A stretch of 64,000 nucleotides of DNA from Octopus vulgaris (taxonomy: Eukaryota), in NCBI GenBank assembly GCA_951406725.2, contig OX597819.1, forward strand, positions 68,076,001-68,140,000, read 5' to 3'. This document shows positions 1-15,726 of this stretch, in pieces (the first letter of the stretch is position 1; each line of letters begins with the position of its first letter). Both the position numbers and the translations under genes were made by a program. Below the pieces are notes generated by a model. That model saw only the letters and a program-made list of their open reading frames with translations, was not told the DNA's origin and searched no databases.

Positions 1-1690
1 TTCAAAATCGCTGGATATATTCAAAATTTCTGCTGTAATTTCAAACTTCCCGAAGTATAACATGACAGTGTAGAATAAGAATATCCAACTATACCGATCT
101 AGTGAAGTACTGACTTTAAATAATAGTAATATCAATTGTGGCAATTTTCCAAGGTGACTCACATTCACCTACAATTTTTGCATAGCTCTAATCCCTCTCA
201 CATGTGCGCTTAACAGAAAAGCCTTCTATTTTATATGGACGACTTAAATTCTATAGAAAAGACAATAATGGACTTCAAGGTTTATTACGTGTGAAAGCAT
301 TCAGTGATGATATCGATATGGAACTTGGGTTTGATAAATATGCCGAGGCCATTTTCCAGAAATGGAAATTGAAGACCTCTTATTCGGTGGTATTAGATGT
401 TGACACAATTATAGAATATCTTGAGCAGCAATAAATTTACAAATATCTCGGTATAAATTAAAACTCTCTCATTCAGCAAGCAAGCATGAAAGAGAAAATC
501 AGAAAGGAATGCTACAAGAGATTTCGAGTAGTGCTGAAATCTGAGCCATTAATTTCTTAGCAGTTCCAGTTGTTATTCATAGTTTCACTATATTTAACTG
601 GAATATCAGCGAAATAAAGAAAATTGATACGAAAATCCATAATCGGCTGACTTCCCAAAGTGAGACGCAGTTTGTCTTTACCTACGCAGAGCCCAACGGA
701 GGTCGAGGCTTGATCCAATTTGAAATCTCTTACGAAACCACCACAACTGGAGTGGCCAAATCTCTTGAAGCATCAAACGATTAAATGCTAAAACACGTTG
801 AAAACCTCAGGAGACGTAAGACGCTTCATTCTATCATGATGGCGAGCAAAAAATTGGCTAGTGAGTTCATGCATAATACCCAGGCTCAATAGCATGATGG
901 AAGTGCAGTAGGTGTTCTTGCAGAGAAGGTGAAATCAATGACAAAGAAAAACGCGTTTGAGTAATTGGCTGGTAGGTGGGGATCAAAAACTTTTGCATGG
1001 CAAATATGTGGCGCGTTGAAAACAGACGGAAGCACACCAATCAGCGGTTACGGAGCTCATGGCGAAAGACAAAGAGCAAAGATTTTATCTTAGCTGTTCA
1101 AGGTCAGAACTTATTAACCCGGAGCTACCAAGTGATGAGAAATGGAGCAGACCCAAATTGCCGTTACTGCAACGATGAGATTCAAACAAAGGACCTCTTA
1201 ATCTCTGGATGTAAGGTTTTAGCACCAGTAGAGTATAAAGCACGACATGACGGAGTTGGCCAATATCTACACAATATTTTGGTATTATGGAATCAAAACT
1301 ATTGACAAATGGTACAAGCACCCCTTTGAGGCTGTAACTGAGGGAGAAAATTTAACCAATCTTTGGAACTTTCCAGTATGTACAGACAGGACTATCAACA
1401 CTAATAAACAGGTATTGTAAAAGGCCAATACAATAAAGTCAGTTAATTGACTGGCATGAACATATCTTGTGATCATAATATCTCGACAAAAGAATTCGAT
1501 AAGCTCAGAAAATATGAAAATTTTCTGATTGAAATCGAAGAAATGTGATATCTCAAGACGATTACGATACCAGTGACTGTCGGAGCACTTGAAATGATAA
1601 AAAGGGAACTGAAGATTATTTGAGGACAATCCATGCAAGAAATGGAAAAAGTTATTTTAACTGATACGTCACACATTGAAAACATTGTCA
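1..1690 (+). mobile_element. Degenerate R4/Dong-like non-LTR retrotransposon (RT C-terminus, Zn knuckle, restriction-like endonuclease remnants)
   Basis: ORF 976-1305 reads 'FILAVQGQNLLTR...CRYC...ISGCKVLAPVEYKARHDGVGQYLH', a CCHC-knuckle plus RHD context typical of RLE-type LINEs. ORF 204-434 reads 'VKAFSDDIDMELGFDKYA'. Many stops and frameshifts; the element is cut by the window edge. Confidence 0.85.
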
Positions 1691-2427
1691 CTGTGAATTT
1701 TCTTTCCTTTTTCCCTTTTATTTTTTCATTTTTCCCTAATTTATTATATTTTTTCTTAACTTTTTCCTTTTTCTTCCTATCTTCTTACCCTTTTTTCTTC
1801 TATCACATGACTTAACGAGTCATTCGGCAAGATAGACTGTCAGAAAAGGCACCAAACTTTAAAATATGTAGTCGAGTCGATTGGTTAAGTTAAAACCCTT
1901 CGAGGCGCTGCCCTGGCATAACCATTAGACCAATGACTGAAACAAGACAAAGATTAAAGATTAAAAGACATATCACACTTTGTTACAGTTAAAGACAAAT
2001 TCATCCCGGACAAATCCAAGCGAAGGTACTTCAACACATTTCCTTCATCAACGATAACTTCAAAAAATCAAATCGTGATCTTTCTAAGTCTAGTTGTTTA
2101 ACTATAACATCTTCAGTTTTTCTAAACTAGCGCGATGCACCTTATCAATCACCATCTTGTGAACCTGTCACGCTACCTTATACACTGAATTCTATGATAG
2201 CCATCGACCAATACCGATAAAAAATTAGCAACAACGGCATCGATCTAATCATATTGGAAGGATTTCGATGGTGAAGAACATTGCTCCTTCACCTCTGTTC
2301 AATAATTAACATAACAAAAACTACAAAATACCAGCATCCCTCCATCCATCAATCAATCCATCTATCCATCTAAACATGCATACGTACACACGCACATACA
2401 TACATCCATACATATATACATACATAC

Positions 2428-2466
<39 letters not shown>

Positions 2467-2506
2467 CATACATACACACATATATATTTATATGTATGTA
2501 TGTATA

Positions 2507-2935
2507 ATCAACAATAAAGGAACGGCCATAATAGGCCATTCACCCACTAGAAATAACAGCCAAAGCTTCAACCGCAAATAAAATATCTGTTCCGTCTTGG
2601 ACTATTTCTTACTGAAGAATCTGAGGGCCTGTGGAAGATTGGCTTGATTTAATTTAATCAGGTTAGTTTACCATTAATCAGCAGATGAAACGGTATATCG
2701 TATAAGAAATTACAGGGTAAATGTTTTTTAAATTTTCTCCTGGTTTACTGAATTAACTTTTATTTGCGGTTGAAGCTTTGGCTGTTATTTCTAGTGGGTG
2801 AATGGCCTATTATGGCCGTTCCTTTATTGTTGATGTTGAACTTAAAAATGGTCTATGACTATTTTAATTTTTTCCTACTAGGCCGCTGGTGGCAAAAGAA
2901 TTCTACAAAATTTTTTTTGCCACCCTATATTGATT
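2507..2935 (+). mobile_element. Short PLE-like terminal fragment: 77-bp inverted repeat flanking a hammerhead ribozyme
   Basis: 2507-2583 is the reverse complement of 2758-2834, and a hammerhead lies between the arms. It sits in a (TACA)n/(TATG)n microsatellite. An inverted partial terminus is typical of truncated Penelope-like insertions. Confidence 0.65.
2604..2710 (+). ncRNA. Type I hammerhead ribozyme with long stem II extension
   Basis: Stem I is ATTTCTTA(2604-11)/TAAGAAAT(2703-10). Core CTGAAGA is at 2612-18. Stem II is ATCTG/CAGAT and encloses a further hairpin. GAAA is at 2687-90, stem III is CGG-tata-TCG, and the cleavage triplet is GUA (2700-2702). Confidence 0.85.
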
Positions 2936-2979
2936 AATGTATGTATGTATATATATATATGAATGTGTGTATATACATG

Positions 2980-3031
<52 letters not shown>

Positions 3032-3142
3032 ATACATCCATCGATGCATACATACATACAAACATATATACATACATGCATGCATAAATACATATGTTCG
3101 TATATACATACGAGTGTGTGCAAGTATACATATACATATACC

Positions 3143-3174
<32 letters not shown>

Positions 3175-3200
3175 TGTATGTATGTATGTATGTATGTATG

Positions 3201-3234
<34 letters not shown>

Positions 3235-3837
3235 TGTATGAATGTATGTATGTACGTACGTATGCCGTTTTGCGTCTTTGCGCAGGCGTGCGCATTTCAA
3301 AGATAGATTCAAAAAAAATATCTGATTTTAAAGATATCGATTTCGTTAGATCGGCTTGTTACAGATTTCCGTTTGCTTGTCAAAGATATCAGACGATAAT
3401 ATTACTACAGCCAATAATCGCTGCAGCAAAAATTCTGTGTTTCCTTAACTTTCATATTTTCAAGAAAATACATTACGTCTTCCCCATCTCCATCGGTCTC
3501 TTCCCCCCCCCCACCTGTCTCTCTCTCTCTTTCTCTTTCTCTCTCTCCCTCTCTCTAGACACAAGAGGGTTCTATCGTTATTTCAAAGTCATTGTATTAT
3601 CGAAGCTATGTCAAAGGGCTGGTTGTGGTTATTACATAACGTGACATTATTATTGTTATTGTTATTATTATTATTGTTGTTGTTGTTGTTTCAAAGAACT
3701 TCGAATTTGTCTCATAGTTATCGCATTATAGTTCGGGTATTTTCATTGCTCTTCTCTTTCCTTTTTAAGTAGTTTTTGGCTTGCAATAACAATAAAGTAA
3801 CTACATCAGGAAAAATATCTATTTATCTATCTATCTT

Positions 3838-3935
<98 letters not shown>

Positions 3936-3936
<1 letters not shown>

Positions 3937-4006
3937 TAGCTGAAGGTGACCCGCTCTACGCGCGGGTAAGAGTGTGGTATATATATATATGTATACAAAT
4001 TATATA

Positions 4007-4054
<48 letters not shown>

Positions 4055-5313
4055 CAGATATATACACTTTGTATATATACATTATATATACATATTTATA
4101 TATATATATATATACACACACGCACACACACACACATATAAATTAATTTCATTTTGAGGCCTCTGCTAATGTTCTGTGTAAGTGGTCGTCATTGAGAAGT
4201 AGTCCGCGCCTCAAACATGCTTCTTTGTAAGTCGCGCAGATGATACCATCAACCGTGCGAAGATCAGCAAAAGACTTCGGTCCAGTAACTACATGAAGCA
4301 GCATTCTCAAAAAGAAGATTTCTTGTTTGGTAGGATGAATATTATACACACGCCCAATGACGTTCTTCCTAGAAACACCGGGTCAATTGTTAAGTTCTGT
4401 TCCATGTGACCTGCACTTCCAATTATTGTTGTTGTATGTGTAATATTCCGGTACTTCAGGGTAAATGAGAGTAACAGCAACCTCATCAACTTAACACAAT
4501 TTAAAAAACGCTGTAAGCGTAGTCCCTTTTGGATTTTCAATGAATTGACGTGCATTTTTCTCTGTGAAGTAAACCAGCTGTCTCTTCTGTAAATGAACAT
4601 TCAGGTGGAAAACTGATGGCGAGCTTAGATGAATCTCGTATCGAAAAATGCGTCACGCTGCATAATTGGAGGATACATACCTACCCAAAACTAATTGTTT
4701 AATTTCGTCATGTCTAAGGTCTTCATCACTGAACACAAACACGGCCATATGATCGCCGTTATTAATGTACTTGCAGAGGTATTGTATGCATCTCACCGAA
4801 CTGCAGTACTCAACATTAATGTGTGCATTGAATGTTTTGGAAAGCAAAGGGTTGAATGGAACAATCCAGGCATTATCAACATCGAATGTTATTAACCGTT
4901 GTCTAACTCTAGCTGTGCGGCCACCCAAACCTTTGTGGTGGTGGTGGTGGTGGTGGCGATGATAATTGACTGTATGAATGCAGACAGACGTGTAGAGAGA
5001 GAATGTGTGAAAGCGCTGTAGAACGCCGTTTGACGAATCGACGTTATATATAAAACGTGATGGGAAGGGAGGAAATAGAGTGAGTGAGTGAGGAAGACAG
5101 ATATATAAAAGACTGAGAGTGGACTTGCCAAAGTGGGTTTTTGGCCCTAGCAATGACGCCTTTTAAGATAGGGATTTCTAACGTAGCCCACCGGCATCGT
5201 CACCTCATTTTACATGTCCCTGTAAGTTTTGGAGTCAATCCGACGGGATGTAGTGGCCTTGAAAGCGATCCAAGCGGTCGAGTCAAACAAACAAACATTT
5301 CGCATTTCAGTTT

Positions 5314-5320
<7 letters not shown>
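3936..5320 (-). mobile_element. Internally deleted Helitron with Rep/helicase gene remnants
   Basis: The 3' end on the minus strand is a hairpin ACCCGC/GCGGGT (3949-3967) followed by CTAG|T (3936-39). Coding remnants include 'DVDNAWIVPFNPLLSKTFNAHINVEYCSSVRCIQYLCKYINNG' (Rep YxxKY motif) and 'FFLRMLLHVVTGPKSFADLRTVDG...YKEACLRRGLL'. The 5' end reads 'tttataaaactgaaatg...gtttgtttgtttg' and runs into (TA)n. Confidence 0.9.
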
Positions 5321-5375
<55 letters not shown>

Positions 5376-5782
5376 ATTTTTATATTTGCTTTGCAATATT
5401 CGTAATCTCGAATTGTATGCTGAAAGAAATCTAGCTGTTTTTGGGGAAGGTCATTACATTGAATAATTATAAACACACAAACAGTTTCCCTATTACATCA
5501 TTATTGTTAGTCAATGGGTTAAATATCTGACCAATAAACCAACTAATTAAGCGATCTTTTATTAGTTAAACAATCAATCGCTTTATTTTTCTTAAAATCC
5601 CTTATACATATATTGTACACCTCGATTGACCTCATAATATATATATACATACCGGAGTAAACACATAAATGTGAAACAAGGTAGAAAAAAGAGTACTCAA
5701 ATACCAGTGGTAGAGTTCTATAGCATCATTTGTTGTACTTTTCTGCTGGTGGGGTTTTATGTTGATCCCCCTCAGTTTAGTA

Positions 5783-7340
5783 TTAAGGAAGGCAAATGCA
5801 GGCTATCAGTTCAGAAATAGTAAGGGAAAAGTTAACCATCTGCTCTACGTGGATGATCTGAAGCTTTTTTAGTAAGAATGAAGAGGAGATAGATTCCTTA
5901 ATACCGACTATATGACTCTTCGGCAAAGATATATGCATAGCATTGGGCATAGATAAGTGTGCAATATTAGTTGTGAGAAAGATACAGGTAGTCAATAGCG
6001 AAGGCATCCAATTACCAGATGGCCAGACGTTAAAATCATTGAAAAGAGGTGAGAGTAATAAGTCTCTAGGAGTATTGGAATCTGACAGAATGCTAACTAC
6101 AGAAATGAAAACGAAAACGGAGAAGGAGTATATCAGAAGGTTGGGGAAGCTAATGAAGTCAAAGCTAAATGGTTCGAATCTAGTGTAGGCGGTAAATGCT
6201 TGGGCAGTATCATAACTTAGATACTCAACAGCTTTTGTAGATTGGACTAAAACTGAGTTAGCAAAGCTAGACAGAAAGACTAGGAAGGAATTCGATATGA
6301 ATAGAGGACTCCAAACAAGGGTAGGTGTAGTAAGATTATACTTACCTAGAAAGGAAGGCGGAAGATGATTAATATCAGTAGAAGACTGTGTGGGTTAGCT
6401 AAAGTAGATATAGACTCTTCTGTAGGTAATAGTAATGAAAGTTTCAAAGTTTCAAAAGTCACAGTAAGATATATGAAACCAAGAATCCTGAAGAGGTTAC
6501 AAATAAAAAAAAGAGAACAGAAATTTTCTGACTGGCAGGAAAAGGCGTTGCCTGATAGATTCCCAAAGATAGCTGCAGCAAATAGTAGTAGTTGTGAGAC
6601 ATGGGTGTGGTTGCTGAAAGGAATGCTGAAAAGGGAGACAGAAAATGTGTTAGCTGCTGCACAAGATCAAGCATTAAGGATTAATTGGATAAAAGCCAAG
6701 ATAGACAAAAACCAAGTAGATTCCCAATGTAGGTTATGTAAATAAAAAAAGGAAAGCGATACTCATTGTGTACGTGAATACTGGTACAGAAAGAATAAAA
6801 GGAATGACATGACAATCTAGGGAGATCAATCCACTTGGAGCTTTGTAGAAAGCTAGGATTTGAACATACTAATAGATAGTATGAACATGAACCGTGAAAA
6901 AGTTCTAAAAAGTAAGAAATATCAGATAGTGTGGGAATTTAACATTCAGACTGAGTAATAGAAGCTAGAAGGCCTGATTTAGTAATAGTAGATAAAGAGA
7001 ATCGAAATTGCCAGATAATTGACTTTACAGTCCTAAATCATGAAAAAGTCAATATGTGAAGTATAGAAAAAATAGCAAAGTATCAGGAGCATAAAATTAC
7101 GGAGATTAATGGAAAGTGCGGGTAAAATATTTCCCAGTAGTAATATGAGCCTTGGAAACTATGCCTACAGATCTGAACAGACGGATAGAGGAAATAGGTA
7201 TAAAAGCCAATTTAGTACAGCTCCAGAAAACAATATATTAGCAACAGCTAGGACACTTTGGAGGAATTTTAGCATCTAAGGTTACTTGTAGCCCGATGTT
7301 AGGGAGTTTTCTTTTCCAACAGTCTAATCAGTTATGTGTA
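5783..7340 (+). mobile_element. 5'-truncated degenerate R4/Dong-like LINE with (TAA)n tail
   Basis: Contains 'NHLLYVDDLK' (RT catalytic motif, ~5834-5863), 'LAAAQDQALRINWIKAKIDKNQVDSQCRLCK' and 'EARRPDLVIVDK' (RLE PD motif, ~6961-6996). It ends in (CAA)n(TAA)n. Confidence 0.9.
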
Positions 7341-7406
7341 TATGAATAACAACAACAACAATAATAATAATAATAAAAACATTAATAATAATTATTATTA
7401 TAATAC

Positions 7407-7960
7407 TGATGCAGTACCAGGCACTGGCTCTCGTGGCTTCTGATCTTACTTGATTGGAAGTGTTATCATGTACATTGTTTTGTCTTGGTATAAAAGATGG
7501 GCTACAGCAAATATTCTGCTCAATACCACAGATTTGTGTGTCAGTTGTTTGACCTTAACCAGTTGAGCATGTCCCTTAGTGGCTGGCGATATGTGCATCT
7601 CTGATCACGAGCAGAAGTAGTGGGCAAGCATCATAGCCATGTGTTGAGAGGGATTCTTTGGAATTTGAATAATTTACCTCTGAAAATATAGCTGTTTCAT
7701 TCAACATGCTCAAACAATCCTTATTCAGGGACCTTTTGAGTGGGATGGGTTACTCGACCAGAAGAAAATTCTAACTGAGCCAATCCTGCAAGGTCATGTG
7801 CTGTTTATCTTCATATGAGGTCACCATGTTGCGCACATATGGTTGTGATGCATGTGCCTAGTGTACCCTTATCAGAGAGGTAGTCATGATGGGTATACTG
7901 GGCTTCGTATATTTTACCCCAGTGTCACTTTGATGGCATGCACTGCTCTCTCAGTCAATA
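7407..7960 (+). repeat. ~550-bp interspersed repeat with (TAA)n tail, copy 1 (partial third copy at ~7980-8040)
   Basis: The reverse-complement copy at ~29998-30540 is colinear over its whole length. No long ORF. Flanked by TAA repeats. Confidence 0.8.
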
Positions 7961-8074
7961 ATAATAATTATGTACTACAAGGTACTGGCTCTCATGGCTT
8001 CTGATCTTAACTGATTGGAGGTATTATCACGTACATTGTTCGGGGTCAGCCAAGGACAACAGTAAACAGACTGC

Positions 8075-8160
8075 CTATTAATGTGCCACCCGGTGGGACT
8101 GAACCTAGAACAGTGTTGATGGGAAGCAAACATCTTACCGCACAGCTCCGCCTGCGCCTA
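8075..8160 (-). mobile_element. tRNA-derived SINE family A, 5' fragment
   Basis: Reverse complement of the head 'aggcgcagg...tggtaag...gttcagtccca' seen in the fuller copies, e.g. 52993. Confidence 0.6.
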
Positions 8161-8236
8161 CATACACATACGTATATTTACACGTGTGTGCGTGCGTGCG
8201 TGTGTGTATGAATGTGTGCGTTTGCATACGAATGTG

Positions 8237-8315
<79 letters not shown>

Positions 8316-8673
8316 CTGTGTGTGTGTATGTGTGTGCGTGTGTGTGTGTGTGTGTGCTATTTCAGACTTAGAATCTCTTCATATTTCCCAAGTTCGGAAA
8401 CGTGTAAGATCAGAAGACGTGTAAATAGCAACAACAACAACAACAACAACAACAAAAATTACTAATACGAAGAGCCAGCACTTTAAGACAAGTTATAATT
8501 ATAATGTGAAGAAGAAGAAGAAAAACGAAGTGTTATTAATTCTTTTGTTAAGATGCTTTGAATGTAATCCATTATTGCGTATCAAGATGAAAGTTAATAC
8601 TAGGAAGATGAGAAACGAAAAATAAGCAAATTGTATCGTTTCGTGTAGTTACATTGAAGTATCTATCTATCTG

Positions 8674-8746
<73 letters not shown>

Positions 8747-9974
8747 ATTTATATATATATGTATAGATATATATATACATATACGTGTGTGTGTATGTAT
8801 AGATATATACATATTCATATATATATATATATATATATAAATATACATATATATATTATACTCGAGCGCACAAGCACACATATTCATTACTAAGATATTT
8901 CCATATATATTTATATATATATATTATATTATATTATATTTATATATAAATTATGTATATGCACACACACACACCCATATATACATATATACACACATAC
9001 ATACATATATACATACATATGTGTTAGTGTGTGTGTGTTTGTGATTGTGTTTATATGTGTGTATGTGTGTGTGTACACATTAGTTTTACCGCTTTTAGAT
9101 TTCCTCTCTTAGGCCTTACAAACACTTCCATCATCAAACAGCTACGTGTAACGTATAGCGTACAAATCAAAGAAGAGAGAGTTTAGTAGTTTTGTTTTCG
9201 TTACTCAACTTTTCTCTTTTATTCTCTTTTGTTTCTGAAAGGATACTGCGTTTGGCAACCTTTAAATCATTGTGTTTGATGTTGCTTAGATTCGATGTTT
9301 CATATTTAACAATATGATGTATGAGAAAAATTGAGCGCAGATATTTTTTTGGCCGAGTTCGATGTGTACCTGTTATCTGTGTAAGCCTTTGTTTATTTTT
9401 CATGAGGTTATTCGAAGCCAATGAATGAAGTCTTTATTTGATCGTTTGACCTGGTAGAATTAGCAGCTAAATCCCCTCCAAATCGTTGCTGCACTTCTTA
9501 TATGATAAAAGGACTTGGAAAATATGGAAATGGATGCTCTGAACGTTTGCAAAAAAATATCATGATGAAAATAAAAAAAATAGATAGTCACATGTGTGAT
9601 ATCTTTGATCATAGAACCGCTCGCAAAATATTGAGAAGGAGCTAAATAATAACAACAACTCCATAAACAAATATATTAACAATAACATTAAGAAAAACAC
9701 GTTGAACGATAACTTAAAATAATATTCGTAATACATTGCTAATAAAATATTTTATTTTAGCAATATACAATCATGATATGCCTTAATAACAAACATATTT
9801 TATGGTTTTGTTACTGTTTTTACATTCTTTGTTGTTTGTATTCTGTATAGATTTGTTGTTGTTGTTGCTTTCAGTGTACCTTGCCAGGCAACAATGTCGG
9901 TGTGTCGGTTTACACCTGATATCTTTCTCTAGATTTGTTCGAATGCTGGTTTTTTTCTTTCCTTCTTTTTGCAG

Positions 9975-10028
9975 CAGGGATGAGGATAAGAGAAATGACA
10001 TGCATTTGAGCAAAATGGACAAATACAG
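9975..10028 (+). CDS. Candidate 54-nt (or 51-nt) internal exon of an unidentified host gene
   Basis: Long polypyrimidine tract, NAGNAG acceptor (gcagcag) and donor CAG|GTATGT. The length is divisible by 3 and only one frame is open (RDEDKRNDMHLSKMDKY). No homology evidence. Confidence 0.35.
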
Positions 10029-10254
10029 GTATGTGAAATACCATAAAAACATCAATTCTTGATTTATCAAAATTACTATTTATTGTAAAGAATATGTCAC
10101 AATTACCGAATCGCAATTCAAGTGGACTCCCTTTAGAAGGGAACGGTAACCTTAACACTCAAAATTTATCCAAGGCTGACATGCCTTTAAGCAAATAGAT
10201 GAGTCTGAAGGAGAGTGAAGATAGTCGTGGACACATGTTTCAGACTCAATAACC

Positions 10255-10382
10255 TATTTCTTTATTACCCACAAGGGGCTAAACACAGAGGGGACAAACA
10301 AGGACAGACATAGGTATTAAGTCGATTACATCGACCCCAGTGCGTAACTGGTACTTAATTTATCGACCCCGAAAGGATGAAA
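10255..10382 (-). mobile_element. SINE family B (Nin/Deu-domain-like), 3' part
   Basis: Reverse complement of 'tttcatcctttcggggtcgataaattaagtaccag...ccccttgtgggtaataaagaaata'. Confidence 0.8.
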
Positions 10383-10835
10383 AACACGTCATCATTCTCA
10401 TCTATATATGCCGTTGCTTGGGAGTCAATAAATAACGTAAGACTCTGTGCATTGATTTCCTCATGTGTCTTGCAATGCTGCTAAGTTTGTCCTGTCAACG
10501 AGTGAATTCGAGAATGCTGAAGTTTTCGTGAGGAACGATTGGACAGAGTGATTTGTGTGGGGACTGGAGAGTTCGATACCAGTAGAATGAGGAGAAGAGG
10601 ATGGATAAATGGAGCGCAAAAGCTTAAGTAAGAAGTAGTTTATGCGCAACGAGTCAGCTCCGAAGTGCAGAAACTATTATTGCAGATTGAAAAAAGGATG
10701 CATTCCGACCTGGTTGTTCTCTCCAACACCGGATACGAAAATACTTTCAGCCGATTTGCATAATTCGAAGTTTTGATTCCAAATTTATAGAACAAACAAG
10801 TATGCGTCCCCGCGTGAATATCAAAGGCGACCTTT

Positions 10836-12905
<2,070 letters not shown>

Positions 12906-15109
12906 ATATTGAATTGATACCCATCTTGTCCATTCCACAGAATAAGAGTATCCTGGTGAGGCAAGCATATTTTTGTATGAGTTAGCATTGTCTTAAATTC
13001 CAGGGCACATAGGGTCCATTGAGCCGTTACTACGGCGAATAAGGGACCGCGGTCACAACCTTAACCTCTGAACAAGATACCAGTACATCGAATACTTACT
13101 CATTTCCAGAAATGACGCTTCCAAAATTTAAATTACCCCTTATCCCCATTAGAATTTCTTTATTTGTAACTTTTTCGAATTTTTTTTCTTTTTTGTTTTT
13201 TATTATTTTTATTATTTACATTTCATGTCCTCTCCAGTTTCCTTTCCAGTTTTGCGCAGGCCTGGGCTAGATGTAAGAAAATCCTGGGTAGCCCAATCGT
13301 CAGGATTCCTCTCTCGACCTTGTTGATGTAGTTCAATGGAGTGTATAGCATTACGGTTGGCACCAGCTTGGTTGCAGGAGCTGCCGGAAGAGTGTCGAAT
13401 CGAACACTAAACCGCCTACGTGACTCCACTCCGGATTTCTTTGAAGGTTGTCTCTTTTCCGTAACCCTGGATAGTGGCCCATACCGGGTACTGTCAGCCG
13501 GGGCCAGCTGAGCCCGGGACTCTTGTCAGACAGGGTCGTCACCTCCTGAAGTAGTGAAGAAAATCGCTACCCAATACCTTGTCTACTGAAATAGCAGACT
13601 TTAAAAATATCAGACCACCAGAAGAAAAGCTGACATGCTAGAAACAACAGGTAAAGGACATTATTTCTGAAGAAACTTCCCCGCTTTCCAAAAAGCTAAA
13701 AGTGAAACAATGCGAGTGTGTAACTTTTTGAAAATGATAGGTAATAGATAAATAATAGATAAAAGATAGATAAAATGATAAAATGATAAAATGATAAATA
13801 TTCGCACTCTCTGTTTATTTTTCTCCATGGATTACCAAGAAAAATATTTGAAAAAAGTAACAAATGAAATTGGTGTGGGGAAGGAGAAAAGGAAAATATT
13901 GAGAACGTATTTTATGGGTGAAATCCTAGCATAGGAATCGGAAGAAATTTAGAAAAAAATGTTGAGGGAATGAAATGTGATTTCGGACATGCTAGAAAGC
14001 AGAGGTAAAGGGCAAGATTTCTGGGAAAACTTCATTTCAAGTTAATATCGAAAATCACGTATTTAAATAGGCTCATCCCAAGCACAAATTACACAGTAGA
14101 AAAATATCATTTCAATTGGATTTGAGCTTTATATTTGCGTGTACACACTGCAAAAAGTAACAAAATTCGCACAGAAGTTTTACCTAGAATGTGTGTACGT
14201 GTGTCCATGTGTATGTGTGTATCAAAGGAAGCTGTCTGGTGGTATTCTTTCGTTTGAAGAAGCAAAGTCGTCAACTCGGCATATATGGGATCATATGATT
14301 GTTCGTTACTTTCCCTAATTCTGAAGTGAGCAGAATTGAAAGAGTGGATAAAGTGAAAATGCAACATTTGCTTTAAAGTGATAGGAGAAAGTGAAAGATG
14401 TACGTGTATATGAAATGGACGTTTGGTTGTGAGGAAGAGAGAAAGAATGAGTGAGTGAATGAGTGAGTGAGTGAGTGAAGGTGTGTGTTGTGGTGTATGA
14501 ATTTATTTTGCATGTACGTGTAAGTAACACTCACTCGCACTTTCCCTCTCTTACACACACACATTAACTTTCATATACACGTATATAATTTTAATACAAT
14601 ATTTATGCGTGCATTTTCATAATTGTGTGTCTGAGTACAATTCTACGCATGCATGAGACAGCAGACGAAAGTGAAACATGAGAAGCAAATCGAAATAACG
14701 TTCGAAACTGCCCTTAAGATTGTGCGACCCAACCTAGTTGCTGAGGTTATTTCAGTTGTAAAAAATAGTTGCTGAGTGAAAGACATAGTTTATTTGGTAG
14801 ATAGATAAAAATCAGCTTATTTTATTATAATACAGATATGACTAATTCGGAGAAAGATTACATTCATTATTCGCACATCGTCACTCTCGTAATCCAACAC
14901 TTTGTAATGAAAGATAATGTGTGTGTGTGTGTGTGAGGGAGAGAGAGAGAGAGTGTGTGTGTGTGTGTGAGAGAGACTGAATGGCACTTACACATACATG
15001 CAAACTAATTCATAAAGGGTTTTTAATATCATGCTTGCACGAGTTTCACAGTAAAAAGACCATAGATTTCTATCTATGTAGTCCTTAGTGAGTAAAATAA
15101 AATAAGATA

Positions 15110-15490
15110 CAGTGATACCTCGCAGTACGAATTTAATTTGTTCCATAACCGAGCATTACTTATGATTTTTTCGTTTTTTAGAAATCAATTTTCCCCATTC
15201 CAATTGACTAAAATATAATTAATCCGTTCCAGCCCCACAAAACCACTCATAAGTAAATTTTTTATGGGTTTTAACACAGAAACGGTGTAGTTACCAGTAA
15301 AATGACAATTATAAAAAAGTGAATGCAAAAGAAATATGTAAACTCGTTTTATTAACTGAATTGCCTTAAAGACGGGATGCTTTGCTCAACTGCGGATTTC
15401 CGCTCGTACTTCGACAAAAGTTCGCACCAGTCTCGGCTTGTACAACAAATTATTCGTATAATGGTGCACTCGTATTGCGAGTTTCTACTG
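15110..15490. mobile_element. pogo/Tigger-like MITE
   Basis: Imperfect TIRs TA|CAGTGATACCTCGCAGTACGA ... TCGTATTGCGAGTTTCTACTG|TA, with a TA target duplication. Confidence 0.65.
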
Positions 15491-15726
15491 TAATTTGAAC
15501 GTTGTATGTAGAGACGTATACTAATTGCATTTGTTCCCCATCTGTTCTTCAAAGATCATCTAAAATTACGTTTTACTAATCTCCTTGGCATTGCCAAATA
15601 GGTTACTCAATTCATTAAAACGAGTTCGACTGTAAGTGGGATACAGGATAACGAAGTATATGCTTGAGCAAGGAAGATAATACTACTGGAGCTGGATAAT
15701 TTCTTTTTCAATAAATATTTTTAAAA

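Noticed and set aside
13225-13550. GC-richer block resembling a LINE 5' UTR, possibly with an HDV-like ribozyme (similar thought for 49640-49770)
   Set aside because: There is no attached ORF, and I could not fit the nested double-pseudoknot by eye.
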